Assembly: GCA_963848965.1 (NCBI GenBank)
Contig: CAWKFG010000004.1
Coordinates: 256,001 to 320,000 of the forward strand
DNA: 64,000 bases
Direction of reading: 5' to 3'
DNA from: an uncultured bacterium
Lineage (GTDB): Bacteria > Babelota > Babeliae > Babelales > Babelaceae
The notes beneath the pieces are model-generated. The model was not told the origin of the DNA. It ran no database searches and saw only the letters and a list, made by a program, of their open reading frames with translations. This document shows positions 18,859 to 29,261 of the stretch, piece after piece (the stretch's first letter is position 1; each line of letters starts with the position of its first letter). The translations under genes and the position numbers were made by a program.

Positions 18859-19320
18859 CTACATAAGATCATCTTTTACAATCTTAATAACATTATCTTG
18901 ATCGATAGAAAGTATATCAGGCTCTCCATCACCATCAATGTCTCCAGCTGCATAAGCTGTAAAGCCGTCAGAAGTTATGTGAGCACCTTGTAATGCAGAA
19001 GCTGGCGTTTTAAGTTGTCCAACAAAGTGATTGTGCCCTGCTGCACCACTAAAGCCATAGGTATAATTGTAATTTCCCTCAGGCTTCCAACTAAGTCCCT
19101 GTGCACCAAAAAGATTCGTTGTATAGTGGCCAAACTCTGCAAAATATGCCTTTTGTGCTAATGCAAGTGACCGCAGAACAACATATGCTTCTGCTCGTTT
19201 TGCCTTTGCAACAAGCTTCATAAGGCTCGGTGTAACAATAACTGATAAGCAAGCAATAATTGCAACTACAATCATAAGTTCAATAAGAGAAAATCCCCTA
19301 CGCTTACAAAAGCTTTTCAC
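18859..19320 (-). CDS. Type IV pilin (PilA/PilE-like)
   Basis: Class III signal RRG|FSLIELMIVVAII; AKRAEA; C-terminal GDIDGDGEPD. Confidence 0.9.
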   Translation of the reverse strand: MKSFCKRRGFSLIELMIVVAIIACLSVIVTPSLMKLVAKAKRAEAYVVLRSLALAQKAYFAEFGHYTTNLFGAQGLSWKPEGNYNYTYGFSGAAGHNHFVGQLKTPASALQGAHITSDGFTAYAAGDIDGDGEPDILSIDQDNVIKIVKDDLM

Positions 19321-19504
19321 ATTCCCTCACTTTTCTTCCTGACAAGAAATGCAGCTACCATGAGAATTATTCTTTCGCTTATCTTCAAAGTAACAGAAAG
19401 AAGATCACAATCGTCAAGAATTACATAGAGAATATAAAGCATTCCTTTAATTTTTTATTCTTTTGTCAATTTAAAAACAGATACCCTACCCCTGAATTTA
19501 TATT

Positions 19505-19533
19505 TTGACATATTTCAAATTTTGGGTTATGAT
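19505..19533 (+). promoter_or_regulatory. Sigma70-type promoter for folC-like/atp genes
   Basis: TTGACA-17 nt-TATGAT about 50 nt upstream of the ORF. Confidence 0.65.
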
Positions 19534-19581
19534 CAGTTACTAGTAAAGCAGTTAACCTTCAAACCCTAACACCATAAACTC

Positions 19582-21021
19582 ATGGAGAATATTATGATGG
19601 AAACCCGCAGACAAACGGTATCGACATCAAAGAATGTAATCCAAGGCAAGCAGCGTAATTATAACGATGTAGTAGAGTATTTGGATAAACATTGGTCCTC
19701 CAAATATCAAGCTAAGAATCTTGATCGCATGAAGCAACTTGACCTTGCTTGCAGCACCCCTTCTCAAAAAATTAACGCGATACTTGTTGCTGGTACCAAC
19801 GGAAAAAGTTTAACTATCCATTTGACAGCAAAATTACTTAAAACAGAAGGACTTAAAGTAGGTACCTTCTATTCCCCTCATATTCTTACCTATAATGAAC
19901 GTCTTGCTATTAACCATGAGACAGTTTCAAACAAAGTGTTTGCAGAACTAGGGAATGATGTTATTAACTTAGCAGAACAGCTTGGCTTTGAGCCACATAG
20001 TTCTGAAGTTCTTACTATGATGGCTCTTCTTTATTTTGTAAATCAAAGTGTTGATGTAGCAGTATTAGAAGTAAGTGAAGGTGGTAGCTACAATCCTGTT
20101 AATCTTTGTGCAGCAAAAGTAGCAACAATTACACGTGTAACTCCACGTGATGTACTGACAAGTGATGAGCAATTGCAAGCGCTTATCAGTGACATGATGG
20201 GTATTGTAAAGCAAGGAACATGGATTGTATCTGGAGATCAAAGCAAAGCTCATCTACAGTGTATGCAAGAGCTTACAACTGCTCAAGGCGGAAACTGGGC
20301 TATGCCTATTCGTAAGCTTGCTCCACTCGCCTATCCATTTGAGCAGCTTCATGGTCGTTGTGCTGCCCTTGCAGAGCGTCTTGCTCAAATGTTTATTGAA
20401 TACTTCTATAATAAAGATGTTACTATTACAGCAGATAGCCTCTTAAGTAAACAAAAAGGACTTCGTGGCCGTCCTACATTAGAAGCAAAAAGACAATCAG
20501 AACTACATCCTAAAAAAACTCTTGATCAGTTTTGGAAAGAAGAAATTAATGAGCTACCAGGCCGTTTCCAACTTCTTGATAAAGAGAAGCCATCTATTCT
20601 GCTTGATACAGCAAGTAATATCGATGCGTTCAAAAATATCCTTCTAGGAGTACGTCTTCTGCATTATCAACGTCCACTGAAAGGGCTTACCATTATTCTT
20701 TCAGCTGCACAAGATACCTTACATAATGAAGAGTTTTTAAAACTTATTCGTTACTTCTTTAAAAAGACATCTGGACAGCTCCTTATTTGTCCTTTAGAGC
20801 CATCTTTAGAAGGTGTTGGTGAAAAAGAATCATGGGATATCGAAAAAGTCACCAATGATGTTAAAAGTATGAAAGTTAAAGCACGTTCATGCAAGAACTT
20901 TGAAGAAGCATTTGATGTTGCTAAAAAGTCTGTTGACGAGCGGTATGGCCTTATTGTTATTACCGGATCTCATTCAGTTGTTAACAGTTATTGGCGTCAC
21001 AAAGGCATCAAGAAATTTTAA
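19582..21021 (+). CDS. FolC/Mur-ligase family protein (divergent FolC-like)
   Basis: ILVAGTNGKS, VGTFYSPH..NER, PGRFQ, ITGS; several FolC catalytic motifs altered. Confidence 0.75.
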   Translation: MENIMMETRRQTVSTSKNVIQGKQRNYNDVVEYLDKHWSSKYQAKNLDRMKQLDLACSTPSQKINAILVAGTNGKSLTIHLTAKLLKTEGLKVGTFYSPHILTYNERLAINHETVSNKVFAELGNDVINLAEQLGFEPHSSEVLTMMALLYFVNQSVDVAVLEVSEGGSYNPVNLCAAKVATITRVTPRDVLTSDEQLQALISDMMGIVKQGTWIVSGDQSKAHLQCMQELTTAQGGNWAMPIRKLAPLAYPFEQLHGRCAALAERLAQMFIEYFYNKDVTITADSLLSKQKGLRGRPTLEAKRQSELHPKKTLDQFWKEEINELPGRFQLLDKEKPSILLDTASNIDAFKNILLGVRLLHYQRPLKGLTIILSAAQDTLHNEEFLKLIRYFFKKTSGQLLICPLEPSLEGVGEKESWDIEKVTNDVKSMKVKARSCKNFEEAFDVAKKSVDERYGLIVITGSHSVVNSYWRHKGIKKF

Positions 21022-21027
21022 GAGCCT

Positions 21028-21279
21028 ATGTACGAAATAGTAATCTCGTTACTATTTATCTTGCTAGGCTGCATTCTAGGCTTTATTAATGGACTTTCTC
21101 TGAGCTATCAGCAGGAGAAAGTCCCGCCTTTTTTATCCAGTCTTTTTTCCCTTATACGACTCTCTCTTATTGCAGCTCTCTTCTTTTATCTGTTGCGCTT
21201 GAACACAATACACTTTATACTTCTTCTTATAAGCTTTACCGGAACTTTTTGGGCAACGATTATACGACTTGTCCGTTAA
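21028..21279 (+). CDS. Small membrane protein, AtpI/AtpR-like
   Basis: Hydrophobic 83 aa with LIRL motif directly upstream of atpB. Confidence 0.55.
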   Translation: MYEIVISLLFILLGCILGFINGLSLSYQQEKVPPFLSSLFSLIRLSLIAALFFYLLRLNTIHFILLLISFTGTFWATIIRLVR

Positions 21280-21295
21280 CAAAAAGGTAGTATTT

Positions 21296-22072
21296 ATGGA
21301 AGGTTCTCACCTGTTTGAACAAGAAACGCTATGGTACCCCTTAGCTTTTTTAGGCATTACAAGTCCTCGTACTGCCGTCAACCTTACTACGGTCATGAAT
21401 ACCTGGGTTGCACTTGGCGTTATAGCCCTACTTATTTATGTAGGACGACGCTTTCTTAAAAAAGATAATTCTCTTGGACAGTATTTAGTTTTATCTTTTG
21501 TTCGCAGCTTTATCCAAATGATTGAGCAATCTACAGGAACATTCACCTATCGCTACTTCGCTTTTATTACTTCATTATTTCTCTTTATTATTTGCTGTAA
21601 CTGGGTAGCCCTTATCCCTACTGTAGAAGAACCTACTAAAGACCTTAATACTACTCTCTCACTAGGAATTATCGCATTTCTTTATATTCAGAAAGAGATG
21701 ATTAAAATACATGGTCTTAAAACCTATCTCAAAGACTACTTTGCACCAGTTAATATCTTCTTTCCCTTTAATATAATTGCAGGACTCATTATGCTTCCTT
21801 TAAAAGTACTTGGAGAAGTAGCATCAGTTATTTCTATTTCTTTCCGTCTCTTTGGTAATATTTTTGGAGGAGCAATCATTACCACTATCTTTCAAAAAGG
21901 AGTGTCTGGTTCAGTTATCTTAAACCTTGTAGGAACTCTTTTTGGTATAAATTTGATACTTATTGGCTTCTTTATCCTTTTTGAAGGATTTTTACAAGCA
22001 TTTGTCTTTTCTATACTTTCACTTACAAATATTGCAATGGCAGTTCAAATCGAAGAGCATGAGGAGCACTAA
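21296..22072 (+). CDS. atpB: F0 ATP synthase subunit a
   Basis: PTKDLNTT, SISFRLFGNIFGG, EGFLQAFVF; probable start ATG at 21296. Confidence 0.95.
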   Translation: MEGSHLFEQETLWYPLAFLGITSPRTAVNLTTVMNTWVALGVIALLIYVGRRFLKKDNSLGQYLVLSFVRSFIQMIEQSTGTFTYRYFAFITSLFLFIICCNWVALIPTVEEPTKDLNTTLSLGIIAFLYIQKEMIKIHGLKTYLKDYFAPVNIFFPFNIIAGLIMLPLKVLGEVASVISISFRLFGNIFGGAIITTIFQKGVSGSVILNLVGTLFGINLILIGFFILFEGFLQAFVFSILSLTNIAMAVQIEEHEEH

Positions 22073-23031
22073 TGGCACTTTCTCCATCATTTATTCACCA
22101 TTCTGCAGTAGCGTTAAGCACAGCTATTACTGCGCTTGGTGTGAGCATTGGGCAAGGAATTACTAGTAAGGCAGCCTTTGATGCCATAGATCGACAGCCT
22201 ACGTCTGCAACAGATATTAGTAGAGCTACGCTTTTATCACTTGCTATTGTAGAAACAGGTGCTATTTTAGGCCTTTTAGTGTCATTTCTTCTTTTTTTTC
22301 AGCCAGTAGACGAGCTTCATAAAGCAATTGCTCAGTTGGGTATGGCTCTCTCTACTGCACTGCCCGGTCTCGTTATTGGTATTGCTGCCGCATTACCTGC
22401 ACGAGAGGCACTCATCTCCATAGCACGGCAACCTTTTTTAGGCAAAAAGATCATGAACTTTATGCTCCTTACACAATCTCTTATCCAAACTCCTATGATC
22501 TTTGGTTTTATTATAGCGCTTATTATTCGTACCCGTATAGATGCTATTACAACAGTTGCCCAAGCATTTGTTCTTCTTTCAAGTGGTCTGTCTATAGGTA
22601 TTGGCTGCATAGGGCCTGCAGCTGGTGTAGGCCTGTTTGCAAAAACAGCTTGTCGTAATATTGGAGTTAATCGAGCTGCTTATAACAAGCTTTTTACTTT
22701 TACATTCATTAGCCAAGCTATCATAGAAACACCCGTCATCTTTGCTGCAATAATTTCATTTTTTCTTACCAATAAAGCAACTACACCTATGAGCAATCCT
22801 TTACTAGGAGGTACTCATATGTTTTTTGCAATTACTATGGGTCTTGGAACACTAGGTGCTGGTATAAGCTCTGGAAAAAGCGCAGCAGCCGCATGTAATC
22901 AAATAGCCCTTAATCCTCAAAGCTATAATATGCTTTCTCGTTCAAGTATGATGGCCCAAGGACTTATTGATACGTGTGCTGTCTATGCCTTTATTATAGC
23001 ATTGTGGCTCATACTGCTACCTCTTACCTAG
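22072..23031 (+). CDS. atpE: F0 ATP synthase subunit c, four fused hairpin repeats
   Basis: Four ~78-aa c-type repeats with polar loops RQP/RQP/VNR/LNP and ion-site positions VET, IQT, IET, IDT; start overlaps the atpB stop. Confidence 0.9.
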   Translation: MALSPSFIHHSAVALSTAITALGVSIGQGITSKAAFDAIDRQPTSATDISRATLLSLAIVETGAILGLLVSFLLFFQPVDELHKAIAQLGMALSTALPGLVIGIAAALPAREALISIARQPFLGKKIMNFMLLTQSLIQTPMIFGFIIALIIRTRIDAITTVAQAFVLLSSGLSIGIGCIGPAAGVGLFAKTACRNIGVNRAAYNKLFTFTFISQAIIETPVIFAAIISFFLTNKATTPMSNPLLGGTHMFFAITMGLGTLGAGISSGKSAAAACNQIALNPQSYNMLSRSSMMAQGLIDTCAVYAFIIALWLILLPLT

Positions 23032-23150
23032 GACTATAAGTCAGATAAAAGTTTATTAAAAACAAAGTCTTTAAAGTTCAACTTGAATTTAATACCAGAT
23101 AGGCTATACTTAATGAAAAACTATATTTTTTACCTGTTAATCAAATAATT

Positions 23151-25271
23151 ATGAAAATAAAAATCATTATAATAAGCACTTTTTTTCTCTTTTCGCTTGT
23201 AGCTATGGAACCACAGCCAAATCCCATCACTTCTAAAGCAACAAGCATTAATCACGCAAATACCTCTTTGACTATGCTTCTTGTTCATCATATAGCACAG
23301 CAGCTTGCATCATTCATATTACATGAGAAAGCCCGAACATTTGTTAAACCGGTACCTTTTTTAGATAGTAAAGCAAGCAGTACTAATGAGAACTTTCAAG
23401 AGCAGCTGAATAAGATAAGAAATATTTATCCTGAACTTTATAATAAAATTCGTCTTATGCTTTCACTTTATATAATTATAAGTAAAGCAACAAAAGACGA
23501 GAAACATGCTCTCCTTTTAACACTCTGGCAAGATAAAAGCAGTCGCTTTATACAGTTACTCATACATGAACTTCTTTCTCATACTTCTTTACAAGAGATA
23601 ACAGAACTTTTTCCATTAGCGCATACCATCGCACCCATACAACCTCCTTTTGCACAAGATAAACTCTCTCTTATGCATGTAGCTTCAATGCTTGATGATG
23701 CTTCTGCTGTTGAGTGCTTACTTTCATTTAATAGCACATCTTATGATAGAACTTCGGTGACAGAAGACACACCATGCCATTATGCAGCCCGCTATAAAAG
23801 CACTACAGTATTTTCTTCCTTGACAACTATTCAGATGACTACAAAAGCTAATAAACAAGGAGTTTACCCACTTACACAAGCTCTTGTAAACAATAATAAA
23901 GAAGGCGCTCTGTTTCTTATGAATCTTCCTGAATTTAAAACAGATCAAGCCCTTATTGACAATGCTTTAGAACATCTTCTGAAGTATGGCAATAATCATG
24001 AAATAGCACGGCTCTTTTCTCAAGAACTTAAAAAAACTCCATTTTATAAAACCCTACACTCGTGCTTAAAATTTTTTCTTGCTATAGCAGCCCATGCTAA
24101 TGATCTTTTTGCTTATCCTTCAAAGGATTCACAAAAGCCGCATGATAAACAAATACCCTCGCTCTACAAATTTGCTCTACAACATGTTAATTTTCGCGAT
24201 CCTACATGTGGATTATGCCCACTCCATATAGCAGCTGCATTTAATAATCTAAAAGCTGCAGAATTTTTAGTATCACATGGAGCTCATTTAGAAGCAGAAA
24301 CGTCTCAACATTTTTTTTCATTTGTCTATCAAGCAACACCATTACTTATAGCCGCTCGAAAAGGTCATTTTAAAATGGCTCACTATTTGCTAACTCAGCG
24401 CAAAGCACATACATGTTCCTCTTCTGGCATAAGCGTTCTTCATTGTGCAGCAATGAGCACAAATTTAAAGCTTATCAGATCTCTTCTTAACTATAATAAA
24501 CAACTAAAAGATATACAGTATCAAGGCGCTACGCCACTTCATATAGCAGTACTTACAGAAAATGTGCCCCTTGTACAATTATTTCTAGAGCATACCTTTG
24601 ATAAAGAGACTACAACAGATACAGGTCTTACTGCTCTTGCAATGGCGCTTCAATTTAATGAACATCCAACTATCACCCAAATGTTGCTAGAAAGCGGTGC
24701 ACTCATTCCTGAGCTCATTTTTGAAGAATCGCCACTTTGCTGTGCAGTTACTAAGAATTGGTTACCTATTGTTAAACTTCTCGTTCATCGAGGCATTGCA
24801 GTAAATAAAGTTAATCTTCTAGGCCTTACTCCCCTAGCAATTGCCGCACAAAATCGAAGTAAAGAAATTTTTGATTTCCTGCTCTTACATGATCAAACTA
24901 CAGATCTTTTACAGACTGCTCTTGAAAAAGAAGATACAAATATACTTTCTTTCTTACTTGATTACAAACTCACTAGTGAAAACGTTAATTTTCTGTGCAG
25001 AGCCATTACTCTACAGAAACAAGCAATTGCTAATCTTCTCATTGACAGGTATTCACACTTACTGGTATTAATGAATGAACAGGGTGAGACCCCGTTGCAT
25101 ACTGCAGTCTTAAGCAAAAACTATACAGTATTAGAGCGCCTTATAGCACAGCCATGCTTAATAAGTCTTCATAATACAAGAGAACAAACTCCCTTAGACC
25201 TTGCTCATGGTTTAAACGATGATAAAAGCATTACATTATTAAGTACCGCAGCTAATAAGTCATGTACTTAA
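23151..25271 (+). CDS. Exported ankyrin-repeat protein
   Basis: Signal peptide ending VA-ME; many TPLH/TPLL-type repeats (CPLHIAAA, TPLLIAA, TPLHIAV, TPLHTAV). Confidence 0.9.
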   Translation: MKIKIIIISTFFLFSLVAMEPQPNPITSKATSINHANTSLTMLLVHHIAQQLASFILHEKARTFVKPVPFLDSKASSTNENFQEQLNKIRNIYPELYNKIRLMLSLYIIISKATKDEKHALLLTLWQDKSSRFIQLLIHELLSHTSLQEITELFPLAHTIAPIQPPFAQDKLSLMHVASMLDDASAVECLLSFNSTSYDRTSVTEDTPCHYAARYKSTTVFSSLTTIQMTTKANKQGVYPLTQALVNNNKEGALFLMNLPEFKTDQALIDNALEHLLKYGNNHEIARLFSQELKKTPFYKTLHSCLKFFLAIAAHANDLFAYPSKDSQKPHDKQIPSLYKFALQHVNFRDPTCGLCPLHIAAAFNNLKAAEFLVSHGAHLEAETSQHFFSFVYQATPLLIAARKGHFKMAHYLLTQRKAHTCSSSGISVLHCAAMSTNLKLIRSLLNYNKQLKDIQYQGATPLHIAVLTENVPLVQLFLEHTFDKETTTDTGLTALAMALQFNEHPTITQMLLESGALIPELIFEESPLCCAVTKNWLPIVKLLVHRGIAVNKVNLLGLTPLAIAAQNRSKEIFDFLLLHDQTTDLLQTALEKEDTNILSFLLDYKLTSENVNFLCRAITLQKQAIANLLIDRYSHLLVLMNEQGETPLHTAVLSKNYTVLERLIAQPCLISLHNTREQTPLDLAHGLNDDKSITLLSTAANKSCT

Positions 25272-25355
25272 CAGTTCTCTATCGTCTCTATTATTTTTTG
25301 CTTATTTTATGCTACACTTGCACGTAAGAGAATCATTATATAACAAAGGACTCCC

Positions 25356-26816
25356 ATGAACTTTGCGTACCTTATTTCTTTTATTTCATACTTTGCCTTC
25401 TTTTTAGGCTTAAGTATTTATTTTTATAGGAAGAACACTAATGCAAGCTCTTTTATTATAGGCAATCGATCAATGAACTACTGGGTTACTGCTATCTCTG
25501 CACAAGCAAGCGATATGAGTGACTGGTTGTTTATGGGATTTCCTGGCCTTATTTATGCTTTTGGACTCTTTAATGTGTGGGTAGCTCTTGGGCTTATTGT
25601 ATTTATGTTTTTAAATTGGCATTTTATTGCACCTCGCTTAAGAACTGCAACTGAAGAGTACCAAAGTTTAACATTAGCATCATTTTTTGAACATCGATTT
25701 AAAGATACTTCAGGCACACTACGGTTACTCACTGTTTTCTTTACCTTGTTCTTTATAAGCTTTTATATTGCTGCAGAATTAATTGGCTTAGGACGCCTCT
25801 TTGAGACAACCTTTGGAATTAACTATAATCTTGGTATTGCAATAAGCATAGCACTTGTCGTGCTTAATATTCTTATTGGAGGATTTGTAGCGCTTGCATG
25901 GAGCGACTTATTTAGAGGACTTTTTCTTCTTCTTATGATTATACTAGTACCAGTAGTAGCACTTATGCATGTAAGCACTACTCAATCAATTACTCAATAC
26001 CTTTCTTTTTCTACGTTTACCTCAAAACTTGTTCCTGATTACTCATGGACAACGATAAGTAGTATTCTTCTTCTAGCAACAGGATGGGGCCTTGGTTATT
26101 TTGGCTCTCCGCATATTCTTATTAATTTTATGGGTATCGAAGATCCTAAAAAAATTCATAAAGCTAAATATATTGGTATTACCTGGCAGACGCTCGTACT
26201 GAGCGCAGCAACTATTGTAGGGCTCGTAGGGATGCTGTTTTTTGCTCAACCACTTGCTAATCGAGAATTAGTCTTTGTCGAAATGGTTAAAAGCCTCTTT
26301 AATCCACTGCTAGCAGGATTCATTTTATGTGCAATTTTAGCTGCAACTATGTCTGTTATGACTGCACAAATTCTTGCTACCGCATCTATTGTTTCAGAAG
26401 ATTTCTTTAAACGTATAATTACTACTCGTCTTAATGCACACCACTCATTGTGGCTCTTACGAGCTTGTGTTATAGTTATTCCACTGCTCTCTTATCTTAT
26501 TAGCTATAACAATACACATGCCGTAAATGATTTGGTAAGTTATGCTTGGTCTGGTCTTGGTCTCGCCTTTGCTCCTATAGTGATCACTGCGCTTTATTTT
26601 AAACGAGTAAATAACTATGGCGCTATCGCTGGCATGGCTTTTGGCGGAATCATGGGTACCGTATGGCCCTCTCTTAACACAGGTATTATGCCACTGCTTC
26701 CAGGCTTTATAGCTTCAACTATACTTATCTTTACCGTTTCAGCAGTCACAGAGAGGAATAAAGAAAAGATCTCTACCTTTGCACAAAAGATGAATAGCTA
26801 TTTTAAAAAGGCTTAA
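25356..26816 (+). CDS. putP: Sodium/proline symporter (SSS family)
   Basis: AISAQASDMSDWLFMGFPG, GWGLGYFGSPHIL, LAATMS, VSYAWSGLG. Confidence 0.9.
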   Translation: MNFAYLISFISYFAFFLGLSIYFYRKNTNASSFIIGNRSMNYWVTAISAQASDMSDWLFMGFPGLIYAFGLFNVWVALGLIVFMFLNWHFIAPRLRTATEEYQSLTLASFFEHRFKDTSGTLRLLTVFFTLFFISFYIAAELIGLGRLFETTFGINYNLGIAISIALVVLNILIGGFVALAWSDLFRGLFLLLMIILVPVVALMHVSTTQSITQYLSFSTFTSKLVPDYSWTTISSILLLATGWGLGYFGSPHILINFMGIEDPKKIHKAKYIGITWQTLVLSAATIVGLVGMLFFAQPLANRELVFVEMVKSLFNPLLAGFILCAILAATMSVMTAQILATASIVSEDFFKRIITTRLNAHHSLWLLRACVIVIPLLSYLISYNNTHAVNDLVSYAWSGLGLAFAPIVITALYFKRVNNYGAIAGMAFGGIMGTVWPSLNTGIMPLLPGFIASTILIFTVSAVTERNKEKISTFAQKMNSYFKKA

Positions 26817-26935
26817 AAGGTGGCCATTTGCTCTTTTTAGAGACTTGCTCTATAATTTCTTATTGAAACATTTTTTGAGGTACTATACCTCTAGCACTAC
26901 ATTCAGATATGAAATATTTTAAAGCAAGGATAGTT

Positions 26936-28360
26936 ATGTTAAAACAAATACTCGTTAGTATATCATTGGTATTGTTACCATCTTTAGCATCTGCTATGCA
27001 GAATGATCACCTATTCCAGCTTATACATAGAGGAGATATAGAATCACTAAGAAGGTCATTGGCAACTGGCATCTTTATAAATGCACAAAATAAGTATGGA
27101 AATACTGTTCTTGCAGAAGCTGTTTTACAAGGCAATAAGGATATCGTTAGTCTCTTTATTAATGCTCGAGCTCCTGTTAACGTTCAGGACAATATGGGCA
27201 TGACACCCCTTATGAATGCAGTAATCCAAGACAGAGAAGATCTTGTAACCATGCTCTTAAGAGCAGATGCAAATCCTAATCTTGTTGATCGTAATGGAAC
27301 ATGCGCTCTTAGTTTTGCAGCCCGCTTAGGGTTAGAAACTATAGTAAGAATCCTTATTGAGTACGGAGCTGATGTCACTAGAGCAGACAACAAGAAAGAA
27401 ACGCCTATTGTACATGCAGCTAAACAAAATCAGCTAGATATTGTAGCTCTACTAGCTCTTGTAGGATCCCCCTTAAAAGGACTTGAACTTTATCCAAAAG
27501 CTCTTGCAACTGCTCAACAAATTTTAGAACAATCACAGCCCTCTAAAGAAGAGCAAAATAAACAAAAAGGTTTAAAATTTATTTATGGTTTAGAAGCACA
27601 GCGAGGAAGACGTCCAAGCATGGAAGATGCTCACGTAGCTCAAGTACCTTTTGCTGATAACCCTGCGATGGCCTTTTTTGGAATTTTTGATGGCCATGGC
27701 GGTGCAGATGTAGCTCACTACTGCGCTAAAAATCTTATGCCCGCATTACAACAATGCCCACTGTTCTCGTCAAATATGAGAGCTGCTCTTATACAAGCTA
27801 TAGAGAAAACTAATAGCGACCTCGGTAAATCTGATCTTAAAGATGCAGCAGAGTTTATGGGGAGCACTGCTATTGTAGCAGTTATAAAAGATAATGATCT
27901 TTTTATAGCTAATGTAGGCGATTCACGAGCTATTTTATCAAGAGGCGGAAAAGCAGTTGCTCTTTCACAAGATCAAAATCCAACTCGTCCAGATGAATTT
28001 GAACGTATAAAAAATGCTGGTGGCTTTGTACGCGATAACAGAGTCGGCGGAACACTTGCAGTATCTCGAGCCTTTGGCGACTTTGTACTTAAATCAGTAG
28101 GACTTATTGCTACTCCTGAAATTGAGCATACTGAAATACAGCCTGAAGATGAGTTTTTAATTCTTACCTGTGACGGTATTTTTGAGAGTAATATTTTGAC
28201 TCGTCAAAATGCAGTTGATATTGTAAGAGGTGTATTAGCGAAATACAAAGATGATCCTCTTGCTCCTACTAAAGCAGCACAAGAGCTTGTTATTACCGCT
28301 TATAACAGAAAAAGTGGCGATAACTTGAGCGCACTTGTTGTAGTATTTAAAAGAAGTTAA
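26936..28360 (+). CDS. Exported ankyrin-repeat + PP2C/PPM Ser/Thr phosphatase
   Basis: Signal peptide ending SA-MQ; ~4 ankyrin repeats; GRRPSMEDAH, FDGHGG, ANVGDSRA, LAVSRAFGD, LTCDGIF, SGDNLS. Confidence 0.92.
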   Translation: MLKQILVSISLVLLPSLASAMQNDHLFQLIHRGDIESLRRSLATGIFINAQNKYGNTVLAEAVLQGNKDIVSLFINARAPVNVQDNMGMTPLMNAVIQDREDLVTMLLRADANPNLVDRNGTCALSFAARLGLETIVRILIEYGADVTRADNKKETPIVHAAKQNQLDIVALLALVGSPLKGLELYPKALATAQQILEQSQPSKEEQNKQKGLKFIYGLEAQRGRRPSMEDAHVAQVPFADNPAMAFFGIFDGHGGADVAHYCAKNLMPALQQCPLFSSNMRAALIQAIEKTNSDLGKSDLKDAAEFMGSTAIVAVIKDNDLFIANVGDSRAILSRGGKAVALSQDQNPTRPDEFERIKNAGGFVRDNRVGGTLAVSRAFGDFVLKSVGLIATPEIEHTEIQPEDEFLILTCDGIFESNILTRQNAVDIVRGVLAKYKDDPLAPTKAAQELVITAYNRKSGDNLSALVVVFKRS

Positions 28361-28369
28361 CAAACAGAG

Positions 28370-28403
28370 TCCCGGTTCAAAGAAAATTTTCTAGAACCGG
28401 GAT
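28370..28403. terminator. Terminator between convergent genes
   Basis: TCCCGGTTC...GAACCGGGA inverted repeat followed by T-run. Confidence 0.7.
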
Positions 28404-28413
28404 CTTTTATATA

Positions 28414-29091
28414 TTAAGCAGCATCTTTTGTTTCAAATGCTCCTTCAAAGACAAATTCCTTAAAATCTTTGCGATCAGTTGGAACTTCTCGCGCACGTAA
28501 TTCTTCTGGTAATACATGAGCGCCTGCTGGTCTTCCAAAAGCATACATTGCTTCTACTGTATAACCATCTGGTATACCGAGCTCTTTACGAGCACGATCA
28601 TAATCAAAACCACTCATGCCATGCCCTACTAAGCCCATTGCACTTGCCTGTAAAAGCATATTTTGTGTTGCAGCTCCTGTATCAAGCGAATGGGTAGGAG
28701 AAGGCTCATTATTTTTATCAAAGGTATTTTTTGAAATCACAAGTACTAACGCGCCTGCATTGTTCACCCATGATTTATTAAACGGAACAAGAAGATCGAA
28801 AAGCTTATCCCACGAAGCAGTACCTTTTAACGCATAAATAAAACGCCACGGTTGGCCGTTATATGATGATGGAGCCCAGCGAGCAGCTTCAAATAATGAC
28901 ATCAACTCTTTTTGTGAAAGCGCTTCTCCAGACATTGCCCGAGGTGACCACCGTTTAATAATAAGAGACTCTACAGGATAGAGTGCTTTACGAGGCCCTT
29001 TATAAGCTCTCTTATTTTCAATGTACGCATACACTGCTCCACCAGAAAGCAGTGCTCCTGCAATAAAAGCTAAGACAACTTTTGAATTCAT
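28414..29091 (-). CDS. Nitroreductase family protein with N-terminal hydrophobic leader
   Basis: RWSPRAMS, EAARWAPSSYNGQPWRF, DTGAA, HGMSGFD. Confidence 0.92.
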   Translation of the reverse strand: MNSKVVLAFIAGALLSGGAVYAYIENKRAYKGPRKALYPVESLIIKRWSPRAMSGEALSQKELMSLFEAARWAPSSYNGQPWRFIYALKGTASWDKLFDLLVPFNKSWVNNAGALVLVISKNTFDKNNEPSPTHSLDTGAATQNMLLQASAMGLVGHGMSGFDYDRARKELGIPDGYTVEAMYAFGRPAGAHVLPEELRAREVPTDRKDFKEFVFEGAFETKDAA

Positions 29092-29261
29092 AGAATCCTT
29101 TCGATTACATTCTTGTTATTGTATACTAACTTCTGCTAAGAGCCTATGTACATAAGCTCTTTCTCTACTCAAAGTACATTAAGAGCTGCCGACTGAGCCT
29201 ACCAAAGCATTGTATTGAGACTACCATACATTGCTAAAAAACGCACTATGCTCTTAGAAGC

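Noticed and set aside
29128..29261. Possible structured RNA between marR and nitroreductase (CTAAGAGC...GCTCTTAG pairing)
   Set aside because: Short pairing in AT-rich sequence with no supporting motif; could be chance.
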